Part shown: positions 1 through 11,201 of the stretch, in pieces
Layout: the number at the start of each line of letters is the position of its first letter
Numbering within the stretch: the stretch's first letter is position 1
NCBI GenBank assembly: GCA_965116475.1
Contig: OZ220691.1
Location: forward strand, 1,216,001 to 1,280,000
DNA: 64,000 bases
Direction: 5' to 3'
Origin: Gemmatimonadota bacterium
GTDB taxonomy: Bacteria > Gemmatimonadota > Gemmatimonadetes > Palauibacterales > Palauibacteraceae
Notes under the pieces: generated by a model
What the model saw: the letters and a program-made list of their open reading frames with translations, nothing else
What the model was told of the DNA's origin: nothing
Database searches by the model: none
Program-made: the position numbers and the translations under genes

Positions 1-1062
1 GAGCTGCCGGCCGGCGCTTGCCGTGGGCGCGATGAAGCGCGCATACAAATCAAGCGTGAAGTTGGAGGCGATCGTGTTGATGGTGCTGGAGAGCGTCGAC
101 ATGCTCGCCGCGAGCACGCACACGACGACGAGGCTCGCGAGTTCGTTCCCCGCCGCTCCGAAGGCGAGCGTGACGAAAGCGTCCTCCGCCGCGAGGCCGG
201 GCCCGTAGATCGTGCGGGCGACGATCCCGATCAAGGGCGGCGTCATGTACCAGATCGAGGCGATGACCCCTCCGTACAGGAATCCCTGCCGCGCCACGTC
301 CGCGCTCTTCGCCGCGAAGCCGCGCTGGATGAGTCCCTGGTACGCGCCCGTGATCGCGAGGCCGATGACGATCCACGCCAGGACCTGGGTGACGCCCGCC
401 CGCCCGAAGATGTCGATGAGGGCCGGATCGAGGTTGGCGCTCAGCCCGCCGAGCCCCCCGGCCGCGGCCAGCCCCGCCACCAGCACCGCGATCGAACCGG
501 CCAGGATGATGAAGAACTGGATCGCGTCGGTCGCCATCACCGCCCACATGCCGCCCAGGAACACGTAGACGGACGTGACCCCGAGCCACAGGAGGAGCGA
601 TTCCGCCACCGAGATGCCGAGCACCGCCGTGGTGACGAGGGTCAGCGCCCCGATCGTCCCGGCCGTGACCCCCATGTCCCGGAGGATGACGAGGAGGAGG
701 GAGACGATCCGGTGCCGCGGACCGAAGCAGCGGCCGAAGAGTTCGGGGATCGTGATGACGCCGGTCTCCCACAGCCGCGGGATGATGAAGTACGCGATCC
801 AGATCGTCCCCAGCATGAAGGAGCCGCCGCTCCAGTAGGCGTCGAGGCCGAAGTCCGCGCCGAGCGCCGAGATCCCGATCAGGGTGGTGCCGTTGATCCA
901 GGTGGCGGCGACGGAAAAGGCGATGAGCCACACGCCCGAGTGGCGCCCGGCCACCGCCATGTCCTCCACGGAGCGCACCCGCCGCCGGAACCACGCGCCG
1001 ACTCCGAGCATGAGGGCGAGGTAGGCCCCGATGAGCCACCACGAGAGTTGAGCCCCCTGCAT
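1..1062 (-). CDS. Sodium:solute symporter (SSS) family transporter, runs off left edge
   Basis: Manual minus-strand translation from ATG 1062 (GGAGGGG before it): MQGAQLSWWLIGAYLALMLGVGAWF...FSVAATWINGTT...YVFLGGMWAVMATDAIQFF; not in the ORF track because it is open at the edge. Confidence 0.85.
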   Translation of the reverse strand, partial: MQGAQLSWWLIGAYLALMLGVGAWFRRRVRSVEDMAVAGRHSGVWLIAFSVAATWINGTTLIGISALGADFGLDAYWSGGSFMLGTIWIAYFIIPRLWETGVITIPELFGRCFGPRHRIVSLLLVILRDMGVTAGTIGALTLVTTAVLGISVAESLLLWLGVTSVYVFLGGMWAVMATDAIQFFIILAGSIAVLVAGLAAAGGLGGLSANLDPALIDIFGRAGVTQVLAWIVIGLAITGAYQGLIQRGFAAKSADVARQGFLYGGVIASIWYMTPPLIGIVARTIYGPGLAAEDAFVTLAFGAAGNELASLVVVCVLAASMSTLSSTINTIASNFTLDLYARFIAPTASAGRQL

Positions 1063-1077
1063 CCCCTCCATCCCCGG

Positions 1078-1185
1078 CTACCCTCGCATCAGCCAGCCCC
1101 AGAGCCCGATGTAGCCGAAGCCCAGGAGTACGAGGATGAGGAGCGCGAGCCACGGGTTGAGGCGCGGGAGGGCAATCCGGTCCAT
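1078..1185 (-). CDS. 35-aa single-TM small protein directly upstream of the SSS gene
   Basis: MDRIALPRLNPWLALLILVLLGFGYIGLWGWLMRG; fills the gap between co-oriented genes. Confidence 0.55.
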   Translation of the reverse strand: MDRIALPRLNPWLALLILVLLGFGYIGLWGWLMRG

Positions 1186-1217
1186 GCGGGCCGGGTCCGG
1201 GCGCGGGTCTCGTCGGC

Positions 1218-3356
1218 TCACGGGGCGCGTCCCGGGGAGATCAGGAGATTCCCGAACTCGTCCACCGCGGCACCGTATCCCGCGTGGAGGAGCGTGGTCG
1301 AGTCGACCTCCTCGATGACCGCCGGGCCGGCGACAACGTGGTCCGCCCCGAGGCGCGCCCGGTCGTAAATCGCCGTCTCGACGAAGCCGCCGTCCCCGTC
1401 GGAGAAAAACACCGGCCTTGTCCCCCGCCGGGCATCCGAGGCGCCCGTTCCGTTCGTGCCGATCTTCGGAAGCCGGGGGCGCGCGATCCTGCCGATGGCT
1501 GTGACCGTGAAGTTCACGAGTTCGACGGGTTGTTCGGGGTATCCGTGCCCGTAAGCTCGTTCGTGTTCGTCGTGGAAGCGGCGCACCGCGTCGGCCAGCG
1601 TCGCGGCAGCCTGCTCCCCGCTCGGGCCCGCGTCGATCTCCTCCCGCGGCAACGCCACGGGCACCTCTGACGACTGGCCGGCATACCGCATCTCGATCCC
1701 GCGCCGAAACTCCATGTCCTCCGGGGCCACGCCTTCCCGCCGCAGCGTGCGCCGGCCCTCCTTCTCCATCTTCTCGAAGAGCGACCCGATCTGCGCCACG
1801 TCCGCGGCATCGGCGGCCATGACCCGTGTGCGCGAGAACTCGTGGCGCAGGTCCGTGACGAGGAGGCCCAGGGCGGACGCCGTCCCCGGGCTTGGGGGGA
1901 TCACGAGCGTGGGAATCTGCATCTCCATGCACAGCCGGTTCGCGTGCAGCGGCCCGGCCCCGCCGAAGGCGACCATCGTCAGTTCGCGCGGGTCGTTGCC
2001 CCGGCGCACGGTCACGAGCCGCAGCGCGTTGATCATCGTCGCGTTCGCGATCTCGACGATCCCGCTCGCCGCCTCGGTCGGGTCCAGCCCGAGCGGCTCG
2101 GCGCAGCGCTCGCGGATGCCCGCGGCGGCGGCCTCCACGTCGAGCGCCATCTCGCCGCCGAGAAAGTAGTCCGGGTTCAGGCGGCCGAGGACGAGGTTGG
2201 CATCGGTGATCGTCGGCTCGGTCCCGCCCTTCCCGTAGCAGATCGGCCCCGGGTCCGCGCCCGCGCTCCGGGGCCCCACGCGAAGCCCCCCTCCGGCGTC
2301 CACCCAGGCGAGGCTCCCCCCGCCCGCGCCCACCTCCACGAGGTCGATGACCGGTGTGCGGATCGGGTAGCCGGCGGCCCGCGTCATCCCCTGTCCCGGC
2401 TGGGCCTGCGCGCCGACCTCGTATTCCTTCGTGACCCGGGGGCGGCCGTCGAGAACGAGGCCCGCCTTGGCCGTCGTTCCCCCCATGTCGAACGAGATCA
2501 GATCCGCGTGGCCGAGTTGGCCCGCAATGAAATTGGCGGAGACCACGCCCGCCGCCGGACCCGACTCAACCATGAACACGGGCTTGCTCGCTGCCTGTTC
2601 CGCCGTCAGCACCCCGCCGTTCGACTGCATGACGAGAAGCTCCGCGTCGAGACCGGCCCGACTCAGCCCCTCCTCGATCCCGGCGAGATAGCGCGCCACG
2701 ACGGGGACAATGCAGGCGTTGATCACGCACGTGCTGGCCCGGAAGTACTCCCGGAACTCGGGGCACACGCTCGATGAGAGGGAGATGAGAAGCCCTGCAT
2801 CTTCTTCGCGAAGGATTTCGGCCACCCGCGCTTCGTGAACCGGGTTCGCGTAGCCGTGCAGGAGACAGACGGCCACGGACCGGACGTCTCTCGCCCGCAG
2901 CGCCGCGGCGATCTCCCGGACGGCGTCCTCATCGAGCGGCTTGAGCACGCCGCCCGCCGCGTCCAGCCGCTCCGGCACCTCGTAGCACAGGTCGCGCGGG
3001 ACGAGCGGACGGAGCTTCTCGAAGTGGACGTCGTAGAGAGAGGGCCGGACCTGGCGGGCGATCTCGAGCATGTCGCCGAAGCCCTCGGTGGTCACGAAGG
3101 CCGTGCGCGGCGTCTTCCCCTCGATGAGCGAGTTCGTCGCGACCGTCGTCCCGTGGACCAGGTGTGCGATGGCACCCGGGTCGACCCCGCTCCCTTCTAG
3201 TGCACGCCCCACCGCCGCCATGAAGCCGATGGAGGGATCCGCGGGCGTGGACGGGACCTTCGCCGTGTCGATGCGCCCCGTCTCCTCACAGATCAGGACC
3301 GCGTCCGTGAAGGTGCCGCCCACGTCTATCCCGAGGTGGAACTGGTTGCCCGTCAT
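1218..3356 (-). CDS. Hydantoinase A / 5-oxoprolinase family ATP-dependent subunit
   Basis: GIDVGGTFTD, HGTTVATN, ESGPAAG, DMGGTT, SAGADPGP, AFGGAGPLH motifs; start trimmed to MTGNQF. Confidence 0.93.
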   Translation of the reverse strand: MTGNQFHLGIDVGGTFTDAVLICEETGRIDTAKVPSTPADPSIGFMAAVGRALEGSGVDPGAIAHLVHGTTVATNSLIEGKTPRTAFVTTEGFGDMLEIARQVRPSLYDVHFEKLRPLVPRDLCYEVPERLDAAGGVLKPLDEDAVREIAAALRARDVRSVAVCLLHGYANPVHEARVAEILREEDAGLLISLSSSVCPEFREYFRASTCVINACIVPVVARYLAGIEEGLSRAGLDAELLVMQSNGGVLTAEQAASKPVFMVESGPAAGVVSANFIAGQLGHADLISFDMGGTTAKAGLVLDGRPRVTKEYEVGAQAQPGQGMTRAAGYPIRTPVIDLVEVGAGGGSLAWVDAGGGLRVGPRSAGADPGPICYGKGGTEPTITDANLVLGRLNPDYFLGGEMALDVEAAAAGIRERCAEPLGLDPTEAASGIVEIANATMINALRLVTVRRGNDPRELTMVAFGGAGPLHANRLCMEMQIPTLVIPPSPGTASALGLLVTDLRHEFSRTRVMAADAADVAQIGSLFEKMEKEGRRTLRREGVAPEDMEFRRGIEMRYAGQSSEVPVALPREEIDAGPSGEQAAATLADAVRRFHDEHERAYGHGYPEQPVELVNFTVTAIGRIARPRLPKIGTNGTGASDARRGTRPVFFSDGDGGFVETAIYDRARLGADHVVAGPAVIEEVDSTTLLHAGYGAAVDEFGNLLISPGRAP

Positions 3357-3541
3357 CGCGCTCCAACCTTCGATGCGGCCGCTGCGCCGGACAAGGCGCG
3401 CCGCCGGGCACGATCGAACACCCCGCCGTGGCGGTCGGACGCTCCGCCCGCCACGTCTGGACGCTGTGGTCGACGTCCGTAGGTTGGGAATCGCGGGTCC
3501 GCCGCCGCCGATTTCCCCCCTCACGCGCACTGGAGGGCCGT

Positions 3542-5488
3542 ATGGACCGCAGATCGTTCGTTCGAACCGGGCTGGCCGGAGCGGGTTTCGCCGGAATCGG
3601 CGCCGCCCTCGACCCCCGCGCCCTGGCGGGGGGTGTCGAGCCGGCGGATCGCGGGCTCTCGGCCGAGACCGATGGGGATGTCGTCATCGTGAAGGACGTG
3701 CCGGTCCCCATGCGCGACGGCCTCGAACTCATGACGGATCTCTACCTGCCCGCGGAAGACGGCGTCCCGCTGGAGGAGCCGCTCCCCGCCGTCCTCGCGC
3801 GGACCCCCTACGACAAGATGCGCCCGATCTCGATCGAGCACGCGATGTTCTTCGCGCGCAACGGATACGTCTCCGTCGTCCAGGACTGCCGGGGACGCTT
3901 CAACTCGCCGGGAGACTTCTTCCCCTTCGTGCAGGAACCGGAAGACGGCTACGACACGGTCGAATGGGTCGCCCAACACCCGTCCTGCGACGGCCAGGTG
4001 GGCACGTACGGCGTCTCGTACCAGGCGTGGGTCCAGTTCGAGACCGCGACGCTGAACCCGCCCGGCCTCAAGACGATGATCCCCTACCAGGGGCCGACGA
4101 ACGCCTACACCTACAGCATGAAGTGCGGCGGCGCCCTCGGCCTGGGACTACTGCAATGGATCCTCTCCGTCGCGTCGAACGGGAACGAGGCGCGGGCGAA
4201 CCCGCAGATCACCGAGGCGATCAACGAGATGCGGACCGGGCAGACCTTCCTCGACTGGGCCTCCCGCGTCCCGTGGCGGCGCGGGGAGACGCCGCTCAGC
4301 CTCGCGCCCACCTACGAGGAGGCCGCCCACCAGCTCTACTTCGACAACTACGACTACAGCGATTTCTGGCGGCAGCCGGGCCTGGGCATGGACGAGCACT
4401 TCGAGTCGTACCCGGACATGCCCACCCTCTGGGTCGTGGGCTGGTTCGACTGGTATCCCCGCACGATCAGCGACGGCTATCAGGCGATGGTTCGTATGGG
4501 GAGGGAGAACCAGCACATCCTCATCGGCCCCTGGACGCACAACAACTTCGCGTCATCGATCGGGGACGTGAACTTCGGCACCGAGGGCGCCCGGATCGTC
4601 ACCTACGACGACTACCTGAACCTCGAACTGCGCTGGTTCGACCGCTGGCTCAAGGGTGACGAGAGCGCCGACGTGTGGGCGCCCGCCAAGTACTTCATCA
4701 TGGGCGGCGGCGACGGCCGGAAGGCCGAGAACGGCCGCCTCAACCAGGGCGGGGAGTGGCGCTACGAGGGAAGCTGGCCCCCGGCGGCGTCCCGCCCCAC
4801 CGAGTTCCATCTCCACGAGGGAGGGGCGCTCGCCCCCGAGGCGCCGTCCGCGCGAGGATCTTCAACGACCTACACGTACGACCCACGCAACTCGGTCTCC
4901 AGCAACGGCCGCTGCATCGTGGCCTACGGCCCCGCGCTCGAGTTCGGGTTCCAGGGGATGGGCCCGCGCGACCAGATCGAGATGGAGACGCTGCCCGGCC
5001 ACGGGATCCCCGGCATGCCGATCGCCTCCCGCCCGGACGTGCTCGTCTTCCAGACGGACCCGCTGCCCGCCGACCTGACGATCGCCGGAGACATCACGGC
5101 GGTCCTCTTCGTCTCATCCGACGCGCCCGACACCGACTTCTACGTGAAGCTCCTCGACGTCCATCCGTCGAGCCCGGACTATCCGAGCGGCTACGCGTTC
5201 CCGGTCTCCGAGGGGATCCTCCGCGCGCGCTACCGGGACGGCTTCGAGCAGTCCGTACTCATGGAGGAGGGCGAGGTCTACCGGCTGGAGTTCCCGCTCG
5301 AACCCTCGGCGAACCTCTTCAAGGCGGGACATCGCATCCGCGTCGACGTCTACAGCAGCAGCTTCCCCAACTTCGACATCAACCGAAATACGGGAGATCC
5401 CCGCGACCGCAGGTGGCGCATCGCAAACAACACGGTCTACCACGAGGCGGGCCACGCCTCACACGTCCTGCTGCCCGTGATGCCCTAG
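3542..5488 (+). CDS. CocE/NonD (peptidase S15) family hydrolase with Tat signal
   Basis: MDRRSFVR twin-arginine signal; VPMRDG, RTPY, QDCRGRFNS, GVSY nucleophile, IGPWTH, C-terminal PepX_C-like region. Confidence 0.9.
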   Translation: MDRRSFVRTGLAGAGFAGIGAALDPRALAGGVEPADRGLSAETDGDVVIVKDVPVPMRDGLELMTDLYLPAEDGVPLEEPLPAVLARTPYDKMRPISIEHAMFFARNGYVSVVQDCRGRFNSPGDFFPFVQEPEDGYDTVEWVAQHPSCDGQVGTYGVSYQAWVQFETATLNPPGLKTMIPYQGPTNAYTYSMKCGGALGLGLLQWILSVASNGNEARANPQITEAINEMRTGQTFLDWASRVPWRRGETPLSLAPTYEEAAHQLYFDNYDYSDFWRQPGLGMDEHFESYPDMPTLWVVGWFDWYPRTISDGYQAMVRMGRENQHILIGPWTHNNFASSIGDVNFGTEGARIVTYDDYLNLELRWFDRWLKGDESADVWAPAKYFIMGGGDGRKAENGRLNQGGEWRYEGSWPPAASRPTEFHLHEGGALAPEAPSARGSSTTYTYDPRNSVSSNGRCIVAYGPALEFGFQGMGPRDQIEMETLPGHGIPGMPIASRPDVLVFQTDPLPADLTIAGDITAVLFVSSDAPDTDFYVKLLDVHPSSPDYPSGYAFPVSEGILRARYRDGFEQSVLMEEGEVYRLEFPLEPSANLFKAGHRIRVDVYSSSFPNFDINRNTGDPRDRRWRIANNTVYHEAGHASHVLLPVMP

Positions 5489-5562
5489 CCACTCGCTCGA
5501 GGGCTCAGCGGGTTCCAACAATAGCTCCGACTGCCCGACAAGGGATCCGTCTGGGATCCTTT

Positions 5563-6576
5563 CTAATCGCTGTCCGCGGATTCAAGCGCGGCGAGCGCCG
5601 CCCCTCGAAGCGTGGCTTCGACCTCGGGTCCGCCGAACACCCCGGCGCTGAACATGGACAGAAGATCGATGGGGGCCGAACGGAGTGAACCGCCGGACTC
5701 CCGGCTCAAGGTCAACTCAAGTGATCTCTCGGTGACAATCGCGCCAACGCTGTTGACTCCTCTTGAGCGTAGTTCCGCGCACTCAGCCAGCCTCCTCAAG
5801 TATCCGGCATGTTGCCACCTTGCCTCCATGGCGAGTGGATTGGGTGGAGCCTCCTCCCAGTCTCGGTTCGCGAGGTCGTTTACGAGTTCGGACAGCACCC
5901 GCGTTACTAGCCCGCCAGCGAGGTCAACGATCCGCCTCGCTGCCGCCTCCACGGAGGTGTCCTTGCCGATGCCTGGAAGGCGCACCCGGGAGGTGAACCA
6001 CTCCGGCACAGTGATCGTCAACTCGGAGGTTCCCCGGGTATACGACCGGCGGATCCACCCGCCGACTTCATCGCTGAAGTGGTGGATCAGTTCTGATCGA
6101 TACCGCTCAAGGCGCTTCACGAGGGACCCGTTCGCTTGCTGCATTGCGGGCCATACCGGGCTCTCCTGCGCTAGCGACCGAACCTTGCCACAAGCTTTGC
6201 TCCATTTAATTGATCGTTCGCTCGGGCCTTCGATCACAAATCCTATGAGACAACCGACGTAATCGAATAGCGACATGACGTTGAAGACGAGATCATCGAA
6301 TACGTATTGCTGTTGGGTTGCAACCGAACGAAGAAAACGGCGACCGGTGTGTGGCCGGGCTTGAACGTGATCGTTCGCACCGATCGCCGTTTGTTCAAGT
6401 AGATTCACGTGGAAAAGCAACGACTCGTAGCGGTATCGGATGCTCTCGATCAACGATCGGAGGTCCCGATCCGTTTCAGAATCATGAGTCAGCCACTCTC
6501 CTGTCCTTGCGGTCCACCAGATTCGGTACGCGGCTGCTACGTCCCTGGCAGTCTTACCGATACTCGGAGCTTCCAT
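5563..6576 (-). CDS. Hypothetical protein with probable HEPN domain (Cthe_2314-like)
   Basis: C-terminal part of ORF 5563..7251 from MEAPSIG; DDLVFNVMSLFDY helix and RSELIH (Rx4H); visibly lower GC than neighbours. Confidence 0.55.
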   Translation of the reverse strand: MEAPSIGKTARDVAAAYRIWWTARTGEWLTHDSETDRDLRSLIESIRYRYESLLFHVNLLEQTAIGANDHVQARPHTGRRFLRSVATQQQYVFDDLVFNVMSLFDYVGCLIGFVIEGPSERSIKWSKACGKVRSLAQESPVWPAMQQANGSLVKRLERYRSELIHHFSDEVGGWIRRSYTRGTSELTITVPEWFTSRVRLPGIGKDTSVEAAARRIVDLAGGLVTRVLSELVNDLANRDWEEAPPNPLAMEARWQHAGYLRRLAECAELRSRGVNSVGAIVTERSLELTLSRESGGSLRSAPIDLLSMFSAGVFGGPEVEATLRGAALAALESADSD

Positions 6577-6611
6577 CACAGGTATTGGCTCGTCGGTAGC
6601 GCGGCGCGCTG

Positions 6612-8187
6612 CTACTGCCTCGGCGTGCCGGCGGCCCAGTCGAGGGCGATCGGGTTCGTAGGGAGGGCGTCGATGTCGACGATCCGGCCGCCCTTGATGA
6701 CCGTTGAGAGCTGCCGGATGTTCGCGATATCGGCGAGCGGATCCGCGTCGAGGACGACGATGTCCGCCGCTTTCCCCGCCTCGAGCGTGCCGTACTCGTC
6801 GAGCGCCTTGCTCGCGATGGCGCCGTTCTTCGTCGCCGCGGTGATCGCCTCGAGCGGCGTTATACCGAGTTCGACCAGACCCTCGATCGCGAGGACCGTG
6901 CCGAGGCCGGGGAGCTGGTGCTCCATGTTCTCCGGTTCCTCGCGCAGGAAGTCCGCCGCGACGCCGCCGCGCCCGAACAGTGTATTGTCCGTGCCGACGG
7001 TCACGATGCAGCCGGCTTCGATGAGCTTCTTCGCGTTCGTGCGCTTCGTCGTCCAGCGTCCTTCCATCACCGACCCCGGCTGCGGGAGGCCGGTGTCCTG
7101 CACGCGACGCCGGATCTCCGCACTCGTCGGGGGGATGCGCCGCTGGCGCTCCCGGGCCTGGGCCTCGGCGAGGTCCTCCCGCGCGCGCTCCATGTTGCGG
7201 ACGTGGAACTGCCAGCTGGGGCCCGTGAACTGGTTGATGAGCATCGAGCACACGATGTCGCGCTCCACGATCAGGTCGACGAGTTCATCGGTGATCGTGC
7301 GGTTCCCGACGTTGTCCGGGTGCTGGATGAGATCTATGCCCGCCAGGATCGAGAGGCGCAGGCCTTCGAGGCTCGTGGCGTGGGTCTCCGCGACAAGTCC
7401 CCGCTTGTGCGTCTCCTCCACGATCACCCGCTGGGCGCGCGGCGAGAAGGAGATGCCCGCCGGATAGTTGAAGTGGTGCGTGGCGCCGTACTTGATGAAG
7501 TCCGGCCCGTGGTCGAGGTAGGCGTTGATCGCGACCCGCAGTTCGTCGGGCGTCATGTGCATCATCTCTTCGCCGCTTCCGAGCGTGACCTCGTCGTTCA
7601 TCCGCTCGGCGAAGAAGCTGATCTCCGACTCCGGGAGCCCGGCGAACGTCTCCGAGGCGGGGCCGCCCCAGCCTACGATGTTGCCGGCGAGGTACGTGCG
7701 CGGGCCGATCTCCTCCCCGGCATCGATCTTCTTCTTGACCCGCTGCATGGGACGCAGGACGCCGTAGCTGTCCCGGACGGTCGTCACCCCGTGCTTCAGG
7801 TGGAGCTGAAGCCCCTGGAGGATCAGCGCCTCGTGGTGCGCCCAGTACGCCGCGTGCTCTTCAACGCGCCCTCCCCGCCCGAAGGCGCCCCACCGCGAGC
7901 GACATGTGGACGTTCGTGTCCACGAACCCGGGCGTGACGAACTTGCCGCTCCCCTCGATGACCTCGGCACCCGCAGGCGGGGCCACGTCGGCGCTCGGCC
8001 CCACCGCGGTGATCCGGTCGCCCTCGATGACGATCGTCCCATCCGCGATGGGAGCACCCCCGTGTCCATCGATGATCGTCGCCCCGACGATCGCGAGCGG
8101 AGGAGAGGTGTCCTGCGCCGTTGCCGGACCCGGCTGGGACAGGAGGGAGAGAAAGGCGACCGTCGCGACAACCGATCGTGAGTCCAT
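6612..8187 (-). pseudogene. Secreted amidohydrolase-family gene split by a 1-nt frameshift near 7890-7897
   Basis: N-half (signal peptide, GATIIDGHG, TPGFVDTNVH) lies in ORF 7861..8544 and stops at 7861; C-half (GVTTVRD, ETHA, IQHPD, VGTDN, GKAADIVVL) lies in ORF 6612..8171. Confidence 0.75.
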
Positions 8188-8239
8188 GGTCCCGACTCCG
8201 GAGAAGGACAACGACACCGAAGTGCTGCAGTTTGGAAAA

Positions 8240-8313
8240 TCGGGGCGGCGAGATTTGAACTCGCGACCTCCTGAACCCCATTCAGGCGCGCTACCGGGCT
8301 GCGCCACGCCCCG
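8240..8313 (-). tRNA. tRNA-Pro(GGG), CCA not encoded
   Basis: CGGGGCGTGGCGCAGCCCGGTAGCGCG-CCTGA ATGGGGT TCAGG-AGGTCGCGAGTTCAAATCTCGCCGCCCCGA cloverleaf. Confidence 0.95.
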
Positions 8314-8324
8314 ATGTGGACGTG

Positions 8325-8352
8325 AAGCTAGCTTGTACCGTGATGGGGTCAA
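8325..8352 (-). promoter_or_regulatory. Sigma70-like promoter of tRNA-Pro(GGG)
   Basis: TTGACC-N16-TAGCTT ending 11 nt before the tRNA. Confidence 0.55.
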
Positions 8353-8397
8353 GCTGACGACCGAACGGACCGATCCGGAGCGAGGGAGGGGGGCGTA

Positions 8398-8634
8398 GTG
8401 CCAAATCACACGTTGGAGGTGGCGGTCTCCCCATCGTTGTACAACCGTCTGCGGGAGGCGGTGGGGCGATCGCACGTCGCGATGGAAGTATGGGTCCGCC
8501 GGGCGATCGAGGAACGCCTTGAGCGCGAGCCCGGCCACTCGCATGTGGGTGCGCTCGCGGCCCTGCGGAAGATCGAAGGTCCGACCGCCGACATAGATGA
8601 CATGATCGCGGAGATCGCGGCGGGCCGGTCGTAG
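8398..8634 (+). CDS. Ribbon-helix-helix antitoxin-like protein, no adjacent toxin
   Basis: 78 aa, N-terminal beta-helix-helix pattern, C-terminal PTADIDDMIAEI; GGAGG RBS. Confidence 0.55.
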   Translation: MPNHTLEVAVSPSLYNRLREAVGRSHVAMEVWVRRAIEERLEREPGHSHVGALAALRKIEGPTADIDDMIAEIAAGRS

Positions 8635-8658
8635 GGAGCGTGTAGCGCCGACATCGAT

Positions 8659-8686
8659 GTATCCATATATTTGGATTTATGGATAC
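8659..8686. promoter_or_regulatory. Palindromic operator overlapping the ArsR-methyltransferase start
   Basis: ATCCA-N6-TGGAT (8661-8676) nested in GTATCCATA-N10-TATGGATAC (8659-8686). Confidence 0.6.
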
Positions 8687-9662
8687 GATAGCCACGCGGG
8701 CGCCAGCTCCGACTCGGGATCTTCTCTCCCGCTTCGAGTCCCTCGGGGACGAGAACCGGTTGCGGCTGCTCACGCTGCTGGACCGGAACGAGTTCACCGT
8801 CTCGGAACTGGTCTCCGTGCTCCAGCTTCCGCAATCCACCGTCTCGCGCCATCTGAAGGTGCTTGCCGATGACGGATGGGTGCGCCGGCGGCACGAGGGC
8901 AAGACCCGGTTCTACCGCATGGAGGGCGCCCTCGAACCCGGCGCGCGGGAGTTGTGGCAGGTAACCGCCGGGACGCTCACGGGCGCGCGCTGGGTCGCGG
9001 ACGACGCCGAGCGGGCGCAGAGCGTGCTCGCCGAGCGCCGCGATCGGGCCGCGGCCTTCTTCTCGGAATCCGCCGCCGGCTGGGATGCCCTCCGGGACGA
9101 CCTGTTTGGAAGCGACGCCCGGTTTGCGGCGTTGTTCGGCCTGCTCGATCCCGAGTGGGTCGTGGGAGATCTCGGCGCGGGCACCGGGACGCTCGCGAAC
9201 ATGATCGCGCCCTTCGTGACGCGGGTGGTCGCCGTCGACCGGTCGCCGGAAATGCTGCAAGCGGCCGCCGTGCGCCTGGGCGAACGCGACAACGTCGACG
9301 TCCGCGAGGGGGAACTGGAATCACTCCCGGTCGAGGACGGGGAACTCGACCTCGCCGTGCTCATGCTCGTCCTCCACTTCACGGTCGAACCCGACCGGGT
9401 GCTGGCCGAAGCGGCACGGGCACTCGCCCCGAACGGAAGGCTCCTTGTGCTCGACATGCGCGCGCACGAGCGAGAGGAGTATCGCGAGACCATGGGCCAC
9501 TTGTGGCTCGGCTTCACGGAAGACCAGATGCGGGACTGGACGCGTCTCGCGGGCCTCGACGGATATCGTCACCTTCCGCTCGCCCCCGAACCCGAGGCGT
9601 CCGGGCCGGCGCTCTTCGCGGCCACCGCCAGGAAAGCCGTCTGCACACGGAAGACTGTTTGA
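8679..9662 (+). CDS. ArsR HTH + SAM-dependent methyltransferase-domain regulator (SahR-like)
   Basis: RLRLL..L...E.TVSEL...QSTVSRHLKVL HTH; DLGAGTG SAM motif; directly upstream of ahcY. Confidence 0.88.
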   Translation: MDTIATRAPAPTRDLLSRFESLGDENRLRLLTLLDRNEFTVSELVSVLQLPQSTVSRHLKVLADDGWVRRRHEGKTRFYRMEGALEPGARELWQVTAGTLTGARWVADDAERAQSVLAERRDRAAAFFSESAAGWDALRDDLFGSDARFAALFGLLDPEWVVGDLGAGTGTLANMIAPFVTRVVAVDRSPEMLQAAAVRLGERDNVDVREGELESLPVEDGELDLAVLMLVLHFTVEPDRVLAEAARALAPNGRLLVLDMRAHEREEYRETMGHLWLGFTEDQMRDWTRLAGLDGYRHLPLAPEPEASGPALFAATARKAVCTRKTV

Positions 9663-9698
9663 CACCGAAGACCGTCTGAACACCAGAGGAGATAGACG

Positions 9699-11192
<1,494 letters not shown>

Positions 11193-11201
11193 GAGGCACC
11201 C

